From Geosiphon pyriformis uo1 (lineage: Eukaryota; Fungi; Glomeromycota), in NCBI GenBank assembly GCA_016748015.1, contig JAAOMT010000503.1, positions 666,534-730,533 of the forward strand: a stretch of 64,000 nucleotides of DNA. Reading direction: 5' to 3'. The notes under the pieces are model-generated. The model did no database searches and was not told where the DNA came from. It saw nothing but the letters and a program-made list of their open reading frames with translations. How positions within the stretch are numbered: the first letter of the stretch is position 1; each line of letters begins with the position of its first letter. The translations under genes and the position numbers were made by a program. Of this stretch, positions 21,830 to 35,585 are shown piece by piece.

Positions 21830-24800
21830 TATTTGAATTGTATTTTTTCTTAAAGTTGTTTAAATTTAAATTATTAAGCCAAATTTTCAAAATTGTAAAA
21901 ATAATTGTAATAACAATAATTATTAAATATTGTTTTTTAAAATAAAATTATATACATATGTATAAATTTGAAATACATAAATTTTTATTTGATTTGTATT
22001 TTTTTTTACACTTTTACAAAGTGTAATTCTACAAATAAATACAGTTTATATGGTTTTAACATATAACCAGTTATTGTTATCTAAATAGGGTATTATAATA
22101 TTTGGTGTTTTATATTATATTAGTATTTAAAAATTTTACTGAATTTCCTATTATGTTTTATTTATAAATGTTTTTTATAATAAAAAAAAATATGGTAATG
22201 TTTTTTAAGTTAATAATATTTATAATTAATTATATTAATATTCTATTTTTTTTTTTATTTAATTATAATTAATAAGATTTAATTTTGTTTTTTTGTTTTT
22301 TTGGTAAATTAATAAATATGTTGTTTTTTAATTATTATTATTAAAGACTTTTTATTAGACTATTATAATATTATATTATGTTTTTATTTTACTTTTGGTT
22401 TTTTATTAATTAATTAATAATTTTGCAAAAAAAAAATAAAAATTAATATTTTATTAATAATTATAATTAACAGCTATTATTTTAAGTAGTAATTTTAAAA
22501 GTATTATGTAATTAATATCTGGTTTTAAATAAAAAAAATTGTTAAGTTTTTAAAAATAATATAATATTTAATTATTTTTAATTAAATCTAAATTTTTTTG
22601 ATTTTAATTAAAAATTTTTTTTTAAACTAAAAATTACTTATATATATATATTTATTTAATTTTATAAAGTAATTTTTAAAAATTTATTATTTTTAATATT
22701 TTTATGTTTATTTATTATTGTTAATTATATTTTATTATTTTATACTATTTTGTATTATTTTATACTATTTTATATTGTTAATTATTTTATATTATTCTTT
22801 ATTATTACATTTTTTCTGTAATTAATTGGTTTTTTATTTGAATAATACTATTTAAATTTAAATTAATAAATTAATAAAAGCTTTTTTTTATTTTATTTAT
22901 TTAATTAAATATAATTTAATTACTATTTAATATATAGATACAAACTAAGTATTTTTAATTAAATATAATTTATATACTTTTTATATATATTTAATTATTT
23001 GAACCAATCAAATTAATATTATATAATTGTATATATTATAATATTTTTACTTGTATCTAAAAAAAATAACATAATTTACAAAACTTAAAATTAATTATAA
23101 AAGCTTTAATTATTTTAAATATATAAATTACATTTCTTAAAAGCTTAATAGATAAATTATTTTATATGTTTAATTTATTATTATTATTAATAATTAATAT
23201 ATTTTTTTTATGATTACTTTAAATTTAAATTCATATATTCAGATTTTATTTTAATAATTTACTATTAATTTTATAACTTTTTTTGTATCTTTAAAAACTA
23301 AAACTGTTTTAATATACCAATTTTTTAAAACCATTTTTTTATAAAATATTATATACAAATTATTATTAAAATAGCTAAAAATTAATATTTGTAAAACCAA
23401 AAATAATAAAACATAAATATTAAACAAATTTTTTTAATAATATATGTGTTTTAATAAGAATTTTTTATATATATTAATATTTTTTAAATATGTAAAAACA
23501 TGATTAAACAATTTTATTTTTACACAATACAAATATTAAATATTTAAATTTTTATTATATATGTATTTTTTTATTTTTAATAATTTCTTATAAATAGTTT
23601 TTAATATATAAATTTATAATTTAACTAAAAATTTATTAATAAAACCAAAAAATATATATTGTTATTAATATATTAAATCAAAATATAATATATATTATAA
23701 AAATTAGTATTAAGATTATATAAAAAAAATTATATTATTAAATTAATTTAATAAATATTAATTAATAATAAAAAAGTAAAAGATTAGTAATTAACTTATT
23801 TATAATTAAATTATAATACAATTCAGTTAAAAATTTAAATTAAATACAAAAAAATCTTGTTAAATCTAAAAAATACCAATAAAAATTTAGAATTAATGCA
23901 TATAATTTAATAACAAACTTTAAGATTCTTATATATCTTATTTAAACAATTTACTATTCCAAATTTGCAATTATTATTCAAAAATAATTTTAAAAAATTT
24001 AATTAATTAATTTGTTTTTAATTATATTAATTATAATTATAATTAATTATTTTAAATCTGATTATTTAAATTATTAACTTCAAAGTAAATTAATTAATTT
24101 AATGTATATAAATAATTAATACAATTAAAAGAATATTAATATAATATTATATTTCAAATAATTTAGTTATATATACAATTTTTTTATAAACTAAAAAAAA
24201 TATTAATTTTATATTAAACCAATTTTTTATTATAGTTTTATTATAAACAATAGATTGTTTTTTTTTACTTTTTTTTTGTTTTAGATATTTTTTTATTTGC
24301 ATATATATTTTTATCTTTTTATAAACAATTTTTTTAATTATGTTATCTTTTAAATATATTATAAAAGAAATAATTCTATTATAATTTTATTTTAAATAAA
24401 TAAAGTAATACAATAAAATATTTTATAAAAACATATTTGTTAAATATTTAAGTAATATTATTATAATTTATGTTTACTATTTTATAATTTCTTAATAATT
24501 TTTTTTATTTTTATTTTTTAAATCAGATATTTAAAAATCATATCTTTTCAATAGCTAATTAAAAAAATTTTAATGTAACTTTAATAAAATAGTTTGGTTA
24601 TTTTTAATTTGTATTTATGTTTTAAGTAAAAGTTAATTACTATTTTTTAAATAAAACTCTAAACTAGTTTTTTCTAAAAATAAATATTAATAACTTTATA
24701 ATTTTTTTATTTTATAAATATCTTTTTATGATTTTTATCTTTTTTTTTTTATATATATTATAAAATAAATTTATATAATTAATACTAATATTTATATTAT

Positions 24801-26200
24801 TTATAGTATTATTAATATTTAATAATAATATTTAAATTTATAATACTATAACTTAATAATAATATTTTTGAAAAAAAAATGATTTTTTTACTTTTTTTAT
24901 AATAATAAGTAGTTTATATATAAGATTTTTATTATATGTATTTTAAAGTTAGTTAATTTACAACTTATTAAAAATATTATTAAAATATTAAACCAAAATT
25001 ATTATAATTTAATCAATATTTTTGGCCAAATAAATATTAATATACTTAATTATATGTTTAATTTTTCAATAAATATAACTTAAAAAGTCTAAAAACTTTT
25101 TAATTAAATAATTTTTTTTAAATACAATATTATTTTTATAATAATAAGTAATAAATACTTAAAATTTTTAATTATATTAACCAATATATTAACAATATTA
25201 TTTAATCTTAATTTTATTAATAATAAGCTTTTTTTATAATTAAATTAATAATTTAATGTTTTTTAATAGCATTTATTTTTAATTACTGAGTTTTTTTAAA
25301 AAAATATATTAAAATTAATATTCATTTTATTTTTTTTAAGAGTTTTAAAGTTTTTAATAATAGAATAATTAATAAGCTAATTTTTTCTGTTTTTATTATT
25401 ATTATTATTATTATTAGTAAATAATTAAAAAAACCAAAAACTTTAAAAAATAATAGTAATTGTTTGTATCTATTATTATTATATTAAATTTTTTTGTAGT
25501 TTTAAATAAAATTTTTATAATAATAATTCGTTTTTTTTTAATATAAATAACAATAATAATAATATAGCTTTTAAAATAAGCTAAAATTAACTATTAGCTG
25601 TATTATTAATATATAATATTTTTTAGTAGATTATTATTAATTCTAAAAACAAATTAATCTATTTAATTATCTAATCTTAAAAATTAAACTAATTAAATAA
25701 AAACCAAATCAATTTTTTCTTTTTTGTTTTTTAATATTGTTTTTAATAATGTTTAAAAAACAATTTTTAATTGTTAAAAGTTTTTAGAATAATCTTTATC
25801 TTTATATTTAATATTATATTTAAGATTAAATTAATTTTGATTAATTTTTTGTTTAAATTGCTGTTTAATTTTATTAATATTAAATTAATTTTAAAGAACA
25901 ATATTAAGTTATTTTGTATAAAGTTTGTTTTTAAGATTTTTTTGGTTGCTGTTATCAAAATTTTTATTGGTAATTTTTTTTTCTGATTATATTTAAGATT
26001 ATAAAGTTTTTTGTAATAGTTTTTTTTTTTTTTTTTTTCTATTTTGTTGTATTTTATAATATTTTTTTGACATATCTGTTAATAATATTAAAACTGTTTT
26101 TGGTATTTTTAGTGTTGTTATTTTAGTTAAATTAAAGTTTGTTGGTTTATAATAATATATTATTGTTTATTTTAAAGACTTTTATTATTATTATTATTAT
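21830..26200. repeat. Extremely AT-rich tract of hypermutated transposon relics
   Basis: G/C almost absent; 22920-23120 aligns by eye with the LINE 3' end at 26220-26420; 26045-26180 (+) reads as a decayed RRM-like segment (ISVNNIKTVFGIFSVVILVKLKFVGL**YIIVYFKD). Confidence 0.6.
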
Positions 26201-26209
26201 TTTAATAAG

Positions 26210-27385
26210 TGCAGTCCAATTATTATCTAATATATAGAACCAAAACTAGAGATTTCAGTTAAATATAATTCATGTTTTTTCTATTTATAACCAGTTATTT
26301 GGACCAATTAAAACAATATTATATATTTATATAAACAAAAACCTCTTTATTTAGATCTAAAAAGAATAAACAAAATTTATAAAAACTAAAACTAACACCA
26401 AAAAATTCATTAATACTAATTAATTTAACTACTTTATCTGACAATTCAGTCTTTAAAATATAAAAAACACCAAATATTATTTTATTATTACTAATCAATA
26501 TATGTTTTTTTATGTTGGTACTGTGTTTAAATCTAAACTCTCACAAAACAAAATAATAATATTCATCCAATTTATACACAAAATTAACTAATACATAAAT
26601 GGCTTTTTAATAATTATTAAACATTTGTATTGTTTTACTATATTAATTTTTAAGAATAAAGTTCTTGTAAAAAAGCATATATAATCTAATATTTAACAAA
26701 CATACTAAAAATAATTTTATTACCACAAAAAAAAATAAAGCATAGAACTCTATCAAAAACTTTTAAACCAAAACTTAGTCAAAAATAATCTTCTTGTAAA
26801 AATTAGCCTTATGTAAATATGTGAATGTATGATCAAAAAACTCAACTTTTTTATATTGTAAACACAAAACATTTAAATAATCTTTCTTATAAAGTTTTTT
26901 TCTAATTATAATAGGCAATTTCTTATAAATAGTCTTTATAAAATATTTGCATAAACTAGCTAAAGTCTTACTAATAAAATCTGAAAACATATACACATTC
27001 AGATGCCAAACCATAATAGTACAAACCCAATTAATCTTATAAACCAAAAAACTTTTAATTACTCTAAAATCAGATCCAGCTTTTTAGTAAATACAACTTA
27101 CTAATTTATAAATATTATAAACAAAATAATAAATATTACCAAAAACTGCCAAATCATTAGTCTTAATAAAGTGTTTATACATATTGTTAAGTAATAGCAA
27201 AAACAAATATACAGTCTTATTTACTAAAGTATTAGTATAAACCTTGTCTAGAATTTCTAAATATTTCTTAATTTTTAACCAAATCACTAAAAAAATTTTA
27301 TTTCTAACCAGATTTGCAATGTGTTTTTTCTTTATCTAACAGTAATCACAAAAATCAGAATTTGAAGACTTCAATTCTAATATGT
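26210..27385 (-). mobile_element. Decayed RNase H-bearing non-LTR (LINE-like) retrotransposon 3' part, cut at 27385 by LTR element A
   Basis: IWLKIKKYLEILDKVYTNTLVNK back-mutates by transitions to the RNase H C-terminal motif W-KVKGHSG--GN--AD-LA; LCLQYKKVEFFDHTFTY resembles the C-terminal zf-RVT C-x2-C-x-E-x2-DH-F-x-C knuckle preceded by KLP..IRK. Confidence 0.62.
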
Positions 27386-28431
27386 TGTTATTCATAGAAT
27401 ATAGAAAGTATATATTAGCATAAATTAGCCAATCAGAAGTAACCGTAGTAAAATGTGAAATTCCAGAATTCCTCTTAGAAGAATTGCAGAATTTCAGAAA
27501 TTTCAGGATTTTTGTACAAGAAATCGCAGGATTCTAGAATTCCTCTTAAAAAAATTGCAGGATTCCAGGAATCCAGGATTCCTGGTATGAAGAATTGAAG
27601 AATTGAAGAATATCAATTATGTATATATAATAGTAGTGTTAAAAACAGAAAAGACAGAATTTTTTAGTTAAAAACATTGCAGTTTAGATTTAATCTAAGC
27701 AATCTTCTATATCACAAATATCAATAAATAATTATTCAAATATCTCCAATCTACTCTCCACTATCAACACTTAATGTTAATAACAATTGATACTTAACCA
27801 CACTGGAACAATAACTCTTAATCATGACTATTAATAGGATACTAACATTCATTGCCTTGACTTATTTTTCTTTTATTTTCTTTATTTTCTTTTATTTTGT
27901 TATTTTTTTTGTTTTACTAAATTGATTAAAAATTAAGCACTGAATTATTGATGTTAAGGATTGTCTGGTAAAAGACCTCTGCGAGTGAGTAGAACATATA
28001 AAGAATATAGATTATTTATTAAAAGAGTGCTGGCCATTAAGCTAAAAAAAGAAATTGACAGAATTGTGATTCTGAAAAGCCATGGATAAAACAACTACTG
28101 AATCTCTGTTTATTATACAAAAGACTCAACCAAAACTTTCAGATAACAATACCTTCAGATCATCATTATCGCAAATAGCTTCTGAGCACCAAGTTACAAG
28201 TTTGTTATTTAATTTGAGACTCCAAATAATCACTTGTAACATTTGGTGCTCTCTGTGAAGTATAATCCTATAGAGAACCAGCACCAACAATAATTATCCA
28301 AAAGTGGCAGAATCAGAAATCATAAGGACAAACCATTTAGGATTCACCAAATCTTTATTTCAATAGTATAGCCAACAATTGAGCTTAACTAACAATTATT
28401 ATTCAGTAGAATTAGCCTTCAACTTTTATGT
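27386..28431 (+). mobile_element. Ty3/Gypsy element A: 5' LTR 27386-28241, PBS from 28244, first ~190 bp of internal region; interrupted by element B
   Basis: TGTTA(T)...GTAACA termini; TT then TGGTGCTCTCTGTGA PBS; internal sequence matches B 29310-29499. Confidence 0.85.
27455..27630 (+). promoter_or_regulatory. U3 tandem ~9-bp GGA(A)TTCCA repeats followed by TATA box (27622-27630) in A-type LTR; also at 28500-28686 and 46930-47112
   Basis: Repeats and TATATATA at the same position in three LTR copies. Confidence 0.6.
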
Positions 28432-29371
28432 TGTTACTCATAGAATATAGAAAATATATATTAGCATAAATTAGCCAATCAAAAATAATCATAGTAAATG
28501 TAGAATTCTAGGATTCCTCTTAAGAAGAATTGCAGGATTCCAGGAATTTCAGGATTCTCATATAAGGAATTGCAGAATTCCAGAATTCCAGAATTCCTCT
28601 CAAAAGAAATTGCAAGATTCCAGAAATTTTAGAATTTCTGGTGTGAGAAATTGAGGAATCGAAGAATCTCAATTATGTATATATAGCAGTAGTATTAGAA
28701 GGAGAAAAAAACAGAATTCTTTAGTTAGAGACCTCTCAGTTTAAATCTGATCTAAGCAACCTTTTATTCATAATTATTAATAAATAATTATTTACTATCA
28801 CAATCTACTCTCTACTATTAACACTTCATGTTGATAGTAATTGATACTTGATTACATGGGAACAATAGCTTTTAATCATGGCTATTGACAGGATACTAAT
28901 TTGCAATTGCTTTTACTCATTTTTTTTTATTCTTTTATTTTTTTTTATTTCTTTTGTTATTTTTTTGGTTTTACTAAATTGATTAAAGATTAAGTGCTAA
29001 GATACAAACATCATAAGAACTGGTAAAAGACCCATGAAACAAGAGTAAAACACTCATAGATTTAAGGATAGCTTACCAGGAGGATTACCAGCCATCACGC
29101 TAAGAAAAAAATTTGATGAAACTGCAGTTTCAAGAAACTACAAATAAAACCATTAATTAAATCTCTGTCTATTATATAAAGAACTCAACCAAAACCTTCA
29201 GATAAAGACAAAGTACCAATATTACCAACATCATTTACCAGATTAGTTACTAAGTACCAAGTTATAAGTTTGTTATTTGATTTAAGACCCCAAATAATTA
29301 CTTGTAATATTTGGTGCTCCATGTAAGGTATAATCCTACAGAAAACCAGCACCAACTACACTCATTTAAAA

Positions 29372-32300
29372 GTGGCAGAATCAGAAAGAATAGGAGCAAA
29401 CCATTTAGAATTTGCAAAATTCTTATTTCAATAGTACAGCCAACAATTAAGATTAAACAATAATCATTTTCCAGCAAAATCAGCTTTCAACTTCTATGTT
29501 AATGACAAAATTACAGACTGCTTAGGAGAAACAGTTAACATTGAATCCACAAGAAAAAACTTCTATACAGAATTATTCCAACATACCAGCTTACCAAGAA
29601 ACTACAGTTTCACACCAATCATCAGAGAAATAAACCAAACTATTGAAAAATATACACAACAACAATTCTCAATTACCTATGCAGACAAAGAAAAAGGAAG
29701 ACTACAAATACCAACAGTGACACCAAAAGGGATCCAACCACCCACTTGGAAAAAAACTAGAGTTGAATTGCCAACAAATTCATTATATCACTATACACCA
29801 GAAAGTGTTATTAACATCTCATCAACAGGCATGTCCACATCAAATATGACATCAACATTTGGATGATTTTTATTTCAAAGTAAACAAACGAAAGCAGAAT
29901 TACTAAGAACCTATGACAATTATTTTGAAAAATTTAAATTGTGATTGCCAATGCTATCAGAATTCTGATCACCACCACCTCAACCAAATTTTGGAAATGC
30001 AAGTCTCTGAGAGATAATAGAATCAGAAAAGAAGGAAGAAAAAGAAGCCAAAGATTAAGAATTTACTTACTAGAACCTGATTCTGGAAAACCCGAACATC
30101 AAAATCCCAAACTTTTAGACTCAACAAGATCCAAATTTAGAAAATCCAGAAATCAAAACTCCAAATTTTCAAACTCAGCAAAATCGGAACAATCAAAGCC
30201 CCAACATTAATAATCAACAATACTTACTTCTAGTAATTGTCATCAACCCACTACCAGTTGCCCTACAACAACAGCCACTGCCACAATTCCAAATTCAATT
30301 ACTACTTCAACTACCACAGCAACTAAACTTGAATCAAATGGCTTATGCTTCCATAGTGAAACTCAAAAAATTTACTGGCAAAGAGAATGACACCCAAGTA
30401 TGGCTGAACGATATGAAAAAAGCCATTGTAGCCAATGGATGGGATGACACCAAAGTCATGCAAGCCATCTCCTACTTTCTCCAGAATACTGCCAATTCAT
30501 GATATCAAAGTCTAGCCAACAAACTCCAGGATTTTAATAAATTCAAACTTGCATTTCTACAATATTTCAGCAATAATAATAGTATTAATCATCTAGCAAA
30601 CACTTTTACCACCATCAAACAAAGAAAAAATGAAGCAGTTACTATTTATTTAGGACACTTTCACAAAAATCTGCACCAAATCCAGACAATCCAGGCTGAT
30701 TATTTTACAGCACCACAAATCCTAAATCAATTCATTAAAGGTCTATGCAATAACATCTTTTAGCATATACATCCAATGCATTCAGTAGATCTTCAAGCTG
30801 CAGTTACAAATGCCAGAGATTTTGAAGCAGATAAACTCAAAGCCAACCACACCCAAGCCATTAATCTAGTAATGAATGGATCATCTGAATTAGATTCCAA
30901 ATTGAAACAATTCAGTGATTCAATCAATCAGAAATTAGAGGGATACTTAACTGACAATCATGCAATTTATAAACTACCATAATAACACAATAATTCAGAA
31001 AATGCAAATTGTTTCTAAAATCAGTCACATCTATTATCTTCAACCAATCAACAGTGGCAACAGGAGATGTGTGTTTGCTACTACTGTGGTAAACAAAGGC
31101 ATTTAAAAATTGATTGTAAGTTAAGGATAGAAAACCAATGATCAGGAAATCAATATCAAAACTCTAATTGCTGGTTTCAAACTCTGAATTACCAACTCAA
31201 TCCAGCATCATATCAATTGACTTATCTACCAATGATGTAACAGCCAATATATTAACCACCCATATATCAATCTTCAATTTATCAACCACCACCATCAGTA
31301 ATATATCAACCACTGTAGCCACAAATAATTTATCAGACATCTGCAGTTCAAACACTGCCATCAAACCCAGCTCAAATGACATCAAGAAACCCTAGATCAA
31401 GAGTCATCCAAAACTGGAGATTAGTAATAGTTGTCCACCAACCAATTTCCAGTTTATCCAACTAGCCATTAAGATCATGCCAGTAGAGTTCAGGAACTGG
31501 GTATACTCAAAACCCGAATTCCCAACACTATTTAAGTTTTCTGGTTACTCCAGAAGATACCCAACTCAATAATCCAGAAACAAACCAACAATCAACACTT
31601 ACCAGCAACATTTCACCAGCTATCATCACCGAGAATGAATTACTGGACGCCATCTTCCCATTTGAACTCAAAGAACTGTTAGCTACACTGTTGTTTAGTG
31701 AAGCTGCTCTTAAAGAAAAACCTATCACTGCCATATACACTAATGCCAAAGTTGATGGCCATCCTATCAAACTAATCCTAGACAATAGATCAGCTGGCAG
31801 CATCATCACACAACAACTCATGGACCAATTAGGTCGCCAAATTGATCAAGCTGCCAGTGCCAGAATCATAACAGCTAATGGAGTGACCAAAACTCTGATT
31901 GGCAAGATAAATGACTTACCTATTAAAATCAATGGCATCATCATATCCATCAAAGTTCTTGTGATAGAAGCAATTCAGTACCAAGCACTTGTTGGTAATG
32001 ACTGGCTGTCCAAAACCAATACAATGCTTGATTGGATTATGCAGGAATTACAATTTAGCCAGGACAGTTAACACACACATATACCAGCCATGTGTGACCA
32101 CTTTAAGACTACCACCCTGCTAGCACTACTGATAGAATTTGAGGAAGAAAAAGAAAAACCTACTTGGAAAGCCTATCAAGTGGCCTGGACTGATGAAGAT
32201 CACAATAAGCTATCACTGATACTCTCTTGGAATGACAAGGGAAAAGGGAAATGAAAAGAAAAACCTACCTGGAATGCTGACCAAATCTGAATATCTGATG

Positions 32301-35300
32301 ACAATCAAGACAAACTAACAACTTGGAAGTGGAAAAAAGATAACAATAAAAAAAAAAGAAAGAAAAGGAAGAAGATCCAACACCAATTACCACTTATAGT
32401 CCATATGCTTACTCTTCACTACTGCCATCTAACTATTGCTGATTAAAATTAATATGTGTAGATTGTGGCAAGAAATTGTTGTTAATGGATGCATGCTGTA
32501 ATGATGATGATGAATACTCCACAGCAACAAAGTTCTATTGTTACCATGTATTATAGAATGGTTTGGATGCCCAAAAAGACAAAAAAAATGGGATAACAAA
32601 TCTTGTCTTGCATGTGGAACTATTTTGCCTGACAAAGAAATGTGGAATGACATTCCTGGATGAGAAAGAACATGTGATGAGACATGCCAGTATATCATCC
32701 TAATAAATAACTGGATACATAAAGAAACCCCAATTGACAATGCCTGGAAAAAAGCATTGCAATGATTGGAAGGATATCCTCACAACAAACATGAAATCTG
32801 AAAAATAACAAGTGTAAAAGCAAAAGGTGCTACTACCAGCAAGTTATTAGAAATTAAAAATAACTCACTCTCACTGTCTGAACCTGAATATGTCCTCATC
32901 TTCAATGTTTTCAGTAATATTGAAGATGATCTGGAAGAATTCCACGAATATTATCAATGATTAGCATCTACTAGAAAAGAACAAAAGCAGTGTTTAGAGC
33001 AATTGAATACTCGATTATGTCAACATTGCTTAATTTTCTGTGACTTTCAATATTGTAATGAGTGTGACCTTATTTACAATCCACCAATACACATGATCTA
33101 TATGATCCTGAAAGAAGAAGAATCAATCAGCAGCTGTGTATTAGAATTGGAATCAATTTTCAATTCTGATTTAAACTCCAACAATGATGATGACAAAAAC
33201 AATAGTCCCAGCTCTGCTCAATATGGCAATGGAAAATATAGCAATTCAAACTCTGATTCAAACCCTGAAACATACATCACACTCCCTGATTTCACCAAAG
33301 AACAGAAACTTAAATAGTTTAACAATAATAATGAAGATATTATGCCAGAATGCACACATGATACCGATGCAAGGTTTGATCTGAGATATTTAGAAAAAAA
33401 TCTCATCAAATTAGAACCTCATTTGTGCATCTGCATTAATCTCAAAATAGCACTGGAAATTCCAGCAACAACAATGGTTTAGTTAGCATCTAAAAATAGC
33501 TTAGCCAAAAAAGGAATCAACATCAGAGGAGGAATAATTGATGCAGGATATGTAGGAAATATCATTGTAATGCTATAAAATGACTCAGAAAAGGCATATA
33601 TTATAGATCTAAATAAAAAGATAGCACAGGCAATATTCCTGCCTCTGATTAAAATAGCTCACTTAGTATCAGTGGAAAACAGAGAAGAATTAGGGATCAC
33701 AGCTAGAGAGATACAGAGATTTGGATCCACAGGTAGAATAGATATACCAGTCAATATGGCAGAGAAAAAAATTATTGACAAGGAAAAAATTATCTTCACC
33801 CATCAACCAATTTTCATTCTATCATATGACCAGTACATGGTAGTCATAGAAAAAAAAGTAAAAGATCAGATACAGATTTTTGAAGTGGAAGCAACACTTT
33901 GTGAATTAGGAAAGATCAGATTAGTCAATCTACACATACCAGCCAAAAACCACAGCCACATCAAAATTCCTATTTACAACAATACAGAAGACATTATTAA
34001 GATACCAAAAGGAACCACTATTGGATACTTGACCACAGAAATTAAAGACCAATTCCAGACTTTCTACAACTGTGTGAATATGTGGATATCATATTTCAAA
34101 TCATATACAGATGAAAAAAATGTTATTTGCTTCAATTAGAACAATTGAAACAAATGAACATAGGACACTTAGATTCATTACAATATATGCAGCTCAAAAT
34201 GTTACTCAACAATTTCAATGACATCTTTGCCAGTGAAAACAAATTTGGCAGAACTAACATCATCCAATATCAAATCAAGACTGGAAATACAATGCCAATT
34301 AAACAGAGAGCATACAGAGTACCACCAGCCAGCCATGAGATCATTTGTCAAGAAATTAACTGAATGCTTAACAATGGGTTAATTCAACTATCAATGAGCC
34401 CATGGTCATTATCAGTAGTACTAGTTTATAAGAAAAATGGAAAAATTCACTTTTGTGTGGATTACTAAAAACTGAATAGAGTAATCAAAGGAAATAGTTA
34501 CCCAACATCAAAGATTCAAGAACTGTTTGATGCTTTTGGAAGAAAAAAATGGTTCTCAACTTTAGACTTGGACAGTAGTTATTGGCAAGTAGCCATAAAA
34601 CCAGAAGATAAGGAAAAAACAGCTTTCACAACATGAAAAGAAAATTTTGAGTTCAAAGTCATGCCATTTGGATTGATAAATGCTCTAGCAACATTCCAAC
34701 AGCTTATGGAAATTGTCTATACTGGATTACTGTGGAAATCAGTAGTCATATACTTAGATGACACCAATGTGTTTTCAAAAACATTTAATGATCATCTGCA
34801 TTATCTTCAACAAGTGTTTAAAAGACTAAGAAGAGCCAGACTAAAGCTAAATGCAATCAAATGTTTCTTTGGAAAAACTGAACTCAAGTTTTTGGGACAT
34901 ATGGTAAGCAAAAACGGAATTAAAACAGATCCAGACAAGATTGAGATCATCAAGAACTTTTCAGTACCAAATAATTTCACAGAATTGAGAGCATTTTTGG
35001 AATTTGCTGGATACTACTGCCACTTTATCAAAGACTTTTCCAAAATAGCTTAACCACTACACCAACTCCAAACAAAGAACACCAAGTATAAATGAACAAA
35101 AATTCAGCAAGAAGCTTTTGATACATTAAGAAAAAAGCTTATTCAAGCTCCAATACTGATCTATTTAGATCATAACAAGCCATTCATAATCACAACTAAT
35201 ACATCTGGTCAAGCATTAGAAGCAGTATTATCTCAGAAAAGACCAGATGGATGAGAACATCCAGTAGTTTACACCAGTAGAAGCTTAAGTCCAGCAGAAA

Positions 35301-35554
35301 AAAACTATAGAACACTAGCATTAGAACACTTAGCAATCTATTGGGCAGTTATGAAATGGAAAAAATACTTGAGTCAAAAGTTTGATGTATACACAGATTA
35401 TAAAGGATTGATTTCAATCCAGAAACAAGAATTTGCAGATAATTGCCATGTCAGATGGAAAATAAAACTGTTACCATTTAATTATACAGTGCATTACAAA
35501 AAAAAAAAAGAAAACGGAAATATCGACAGTCTGTTGTAAATGAGACAAATCTAA
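29372..35554 (+). pseudogene. Element B polyprotein pseudogene: N-extension-Gag(CCHC)-PR-Cys-rich-dUTPase-RT-RNase H
   Basis: MAYASIVKLKKFTG gag; CYYCGKQRHLKIDC knuckle; LILDNRSAGS (decayed DSG); HDTDARFDL...GGIIDAGYVG...FGSTG dUTPase (~33342-33735); MPFGL/YLDD RT; many TAA/TAG/TGA stops explicable as transitions. Confidence 0.9.
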
Positions 35555-35585
35555 AAAACATTTCAACCCAAAAATATAACAAAAG

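Noticed and set aside
25767-25986. Short I/K/L/N/F-rich ORFs on both strands; possible organellar insert
   Set aside because: Composition artefacts of AT-rich decayed DNA; no mitochondrial gene motifs recognised
27381-27385. Identical TATGT before LTRs A and B as an insertion-site consensus or TSD
   Set aside because: Other sites differ (CTAT, ACAC, CCGG), and both pentamers belong to the respective host elements; likely chance in AT-rich DNA
31168-31395. Programmed gag-pol frameshift suggested by overlapping T/S/N-rich ORFs
   Set aside because: In C, D and E gag and protease lie in one frame; these ORFs are alternate-frame readings of the Q/P/Y-rich Gag tail
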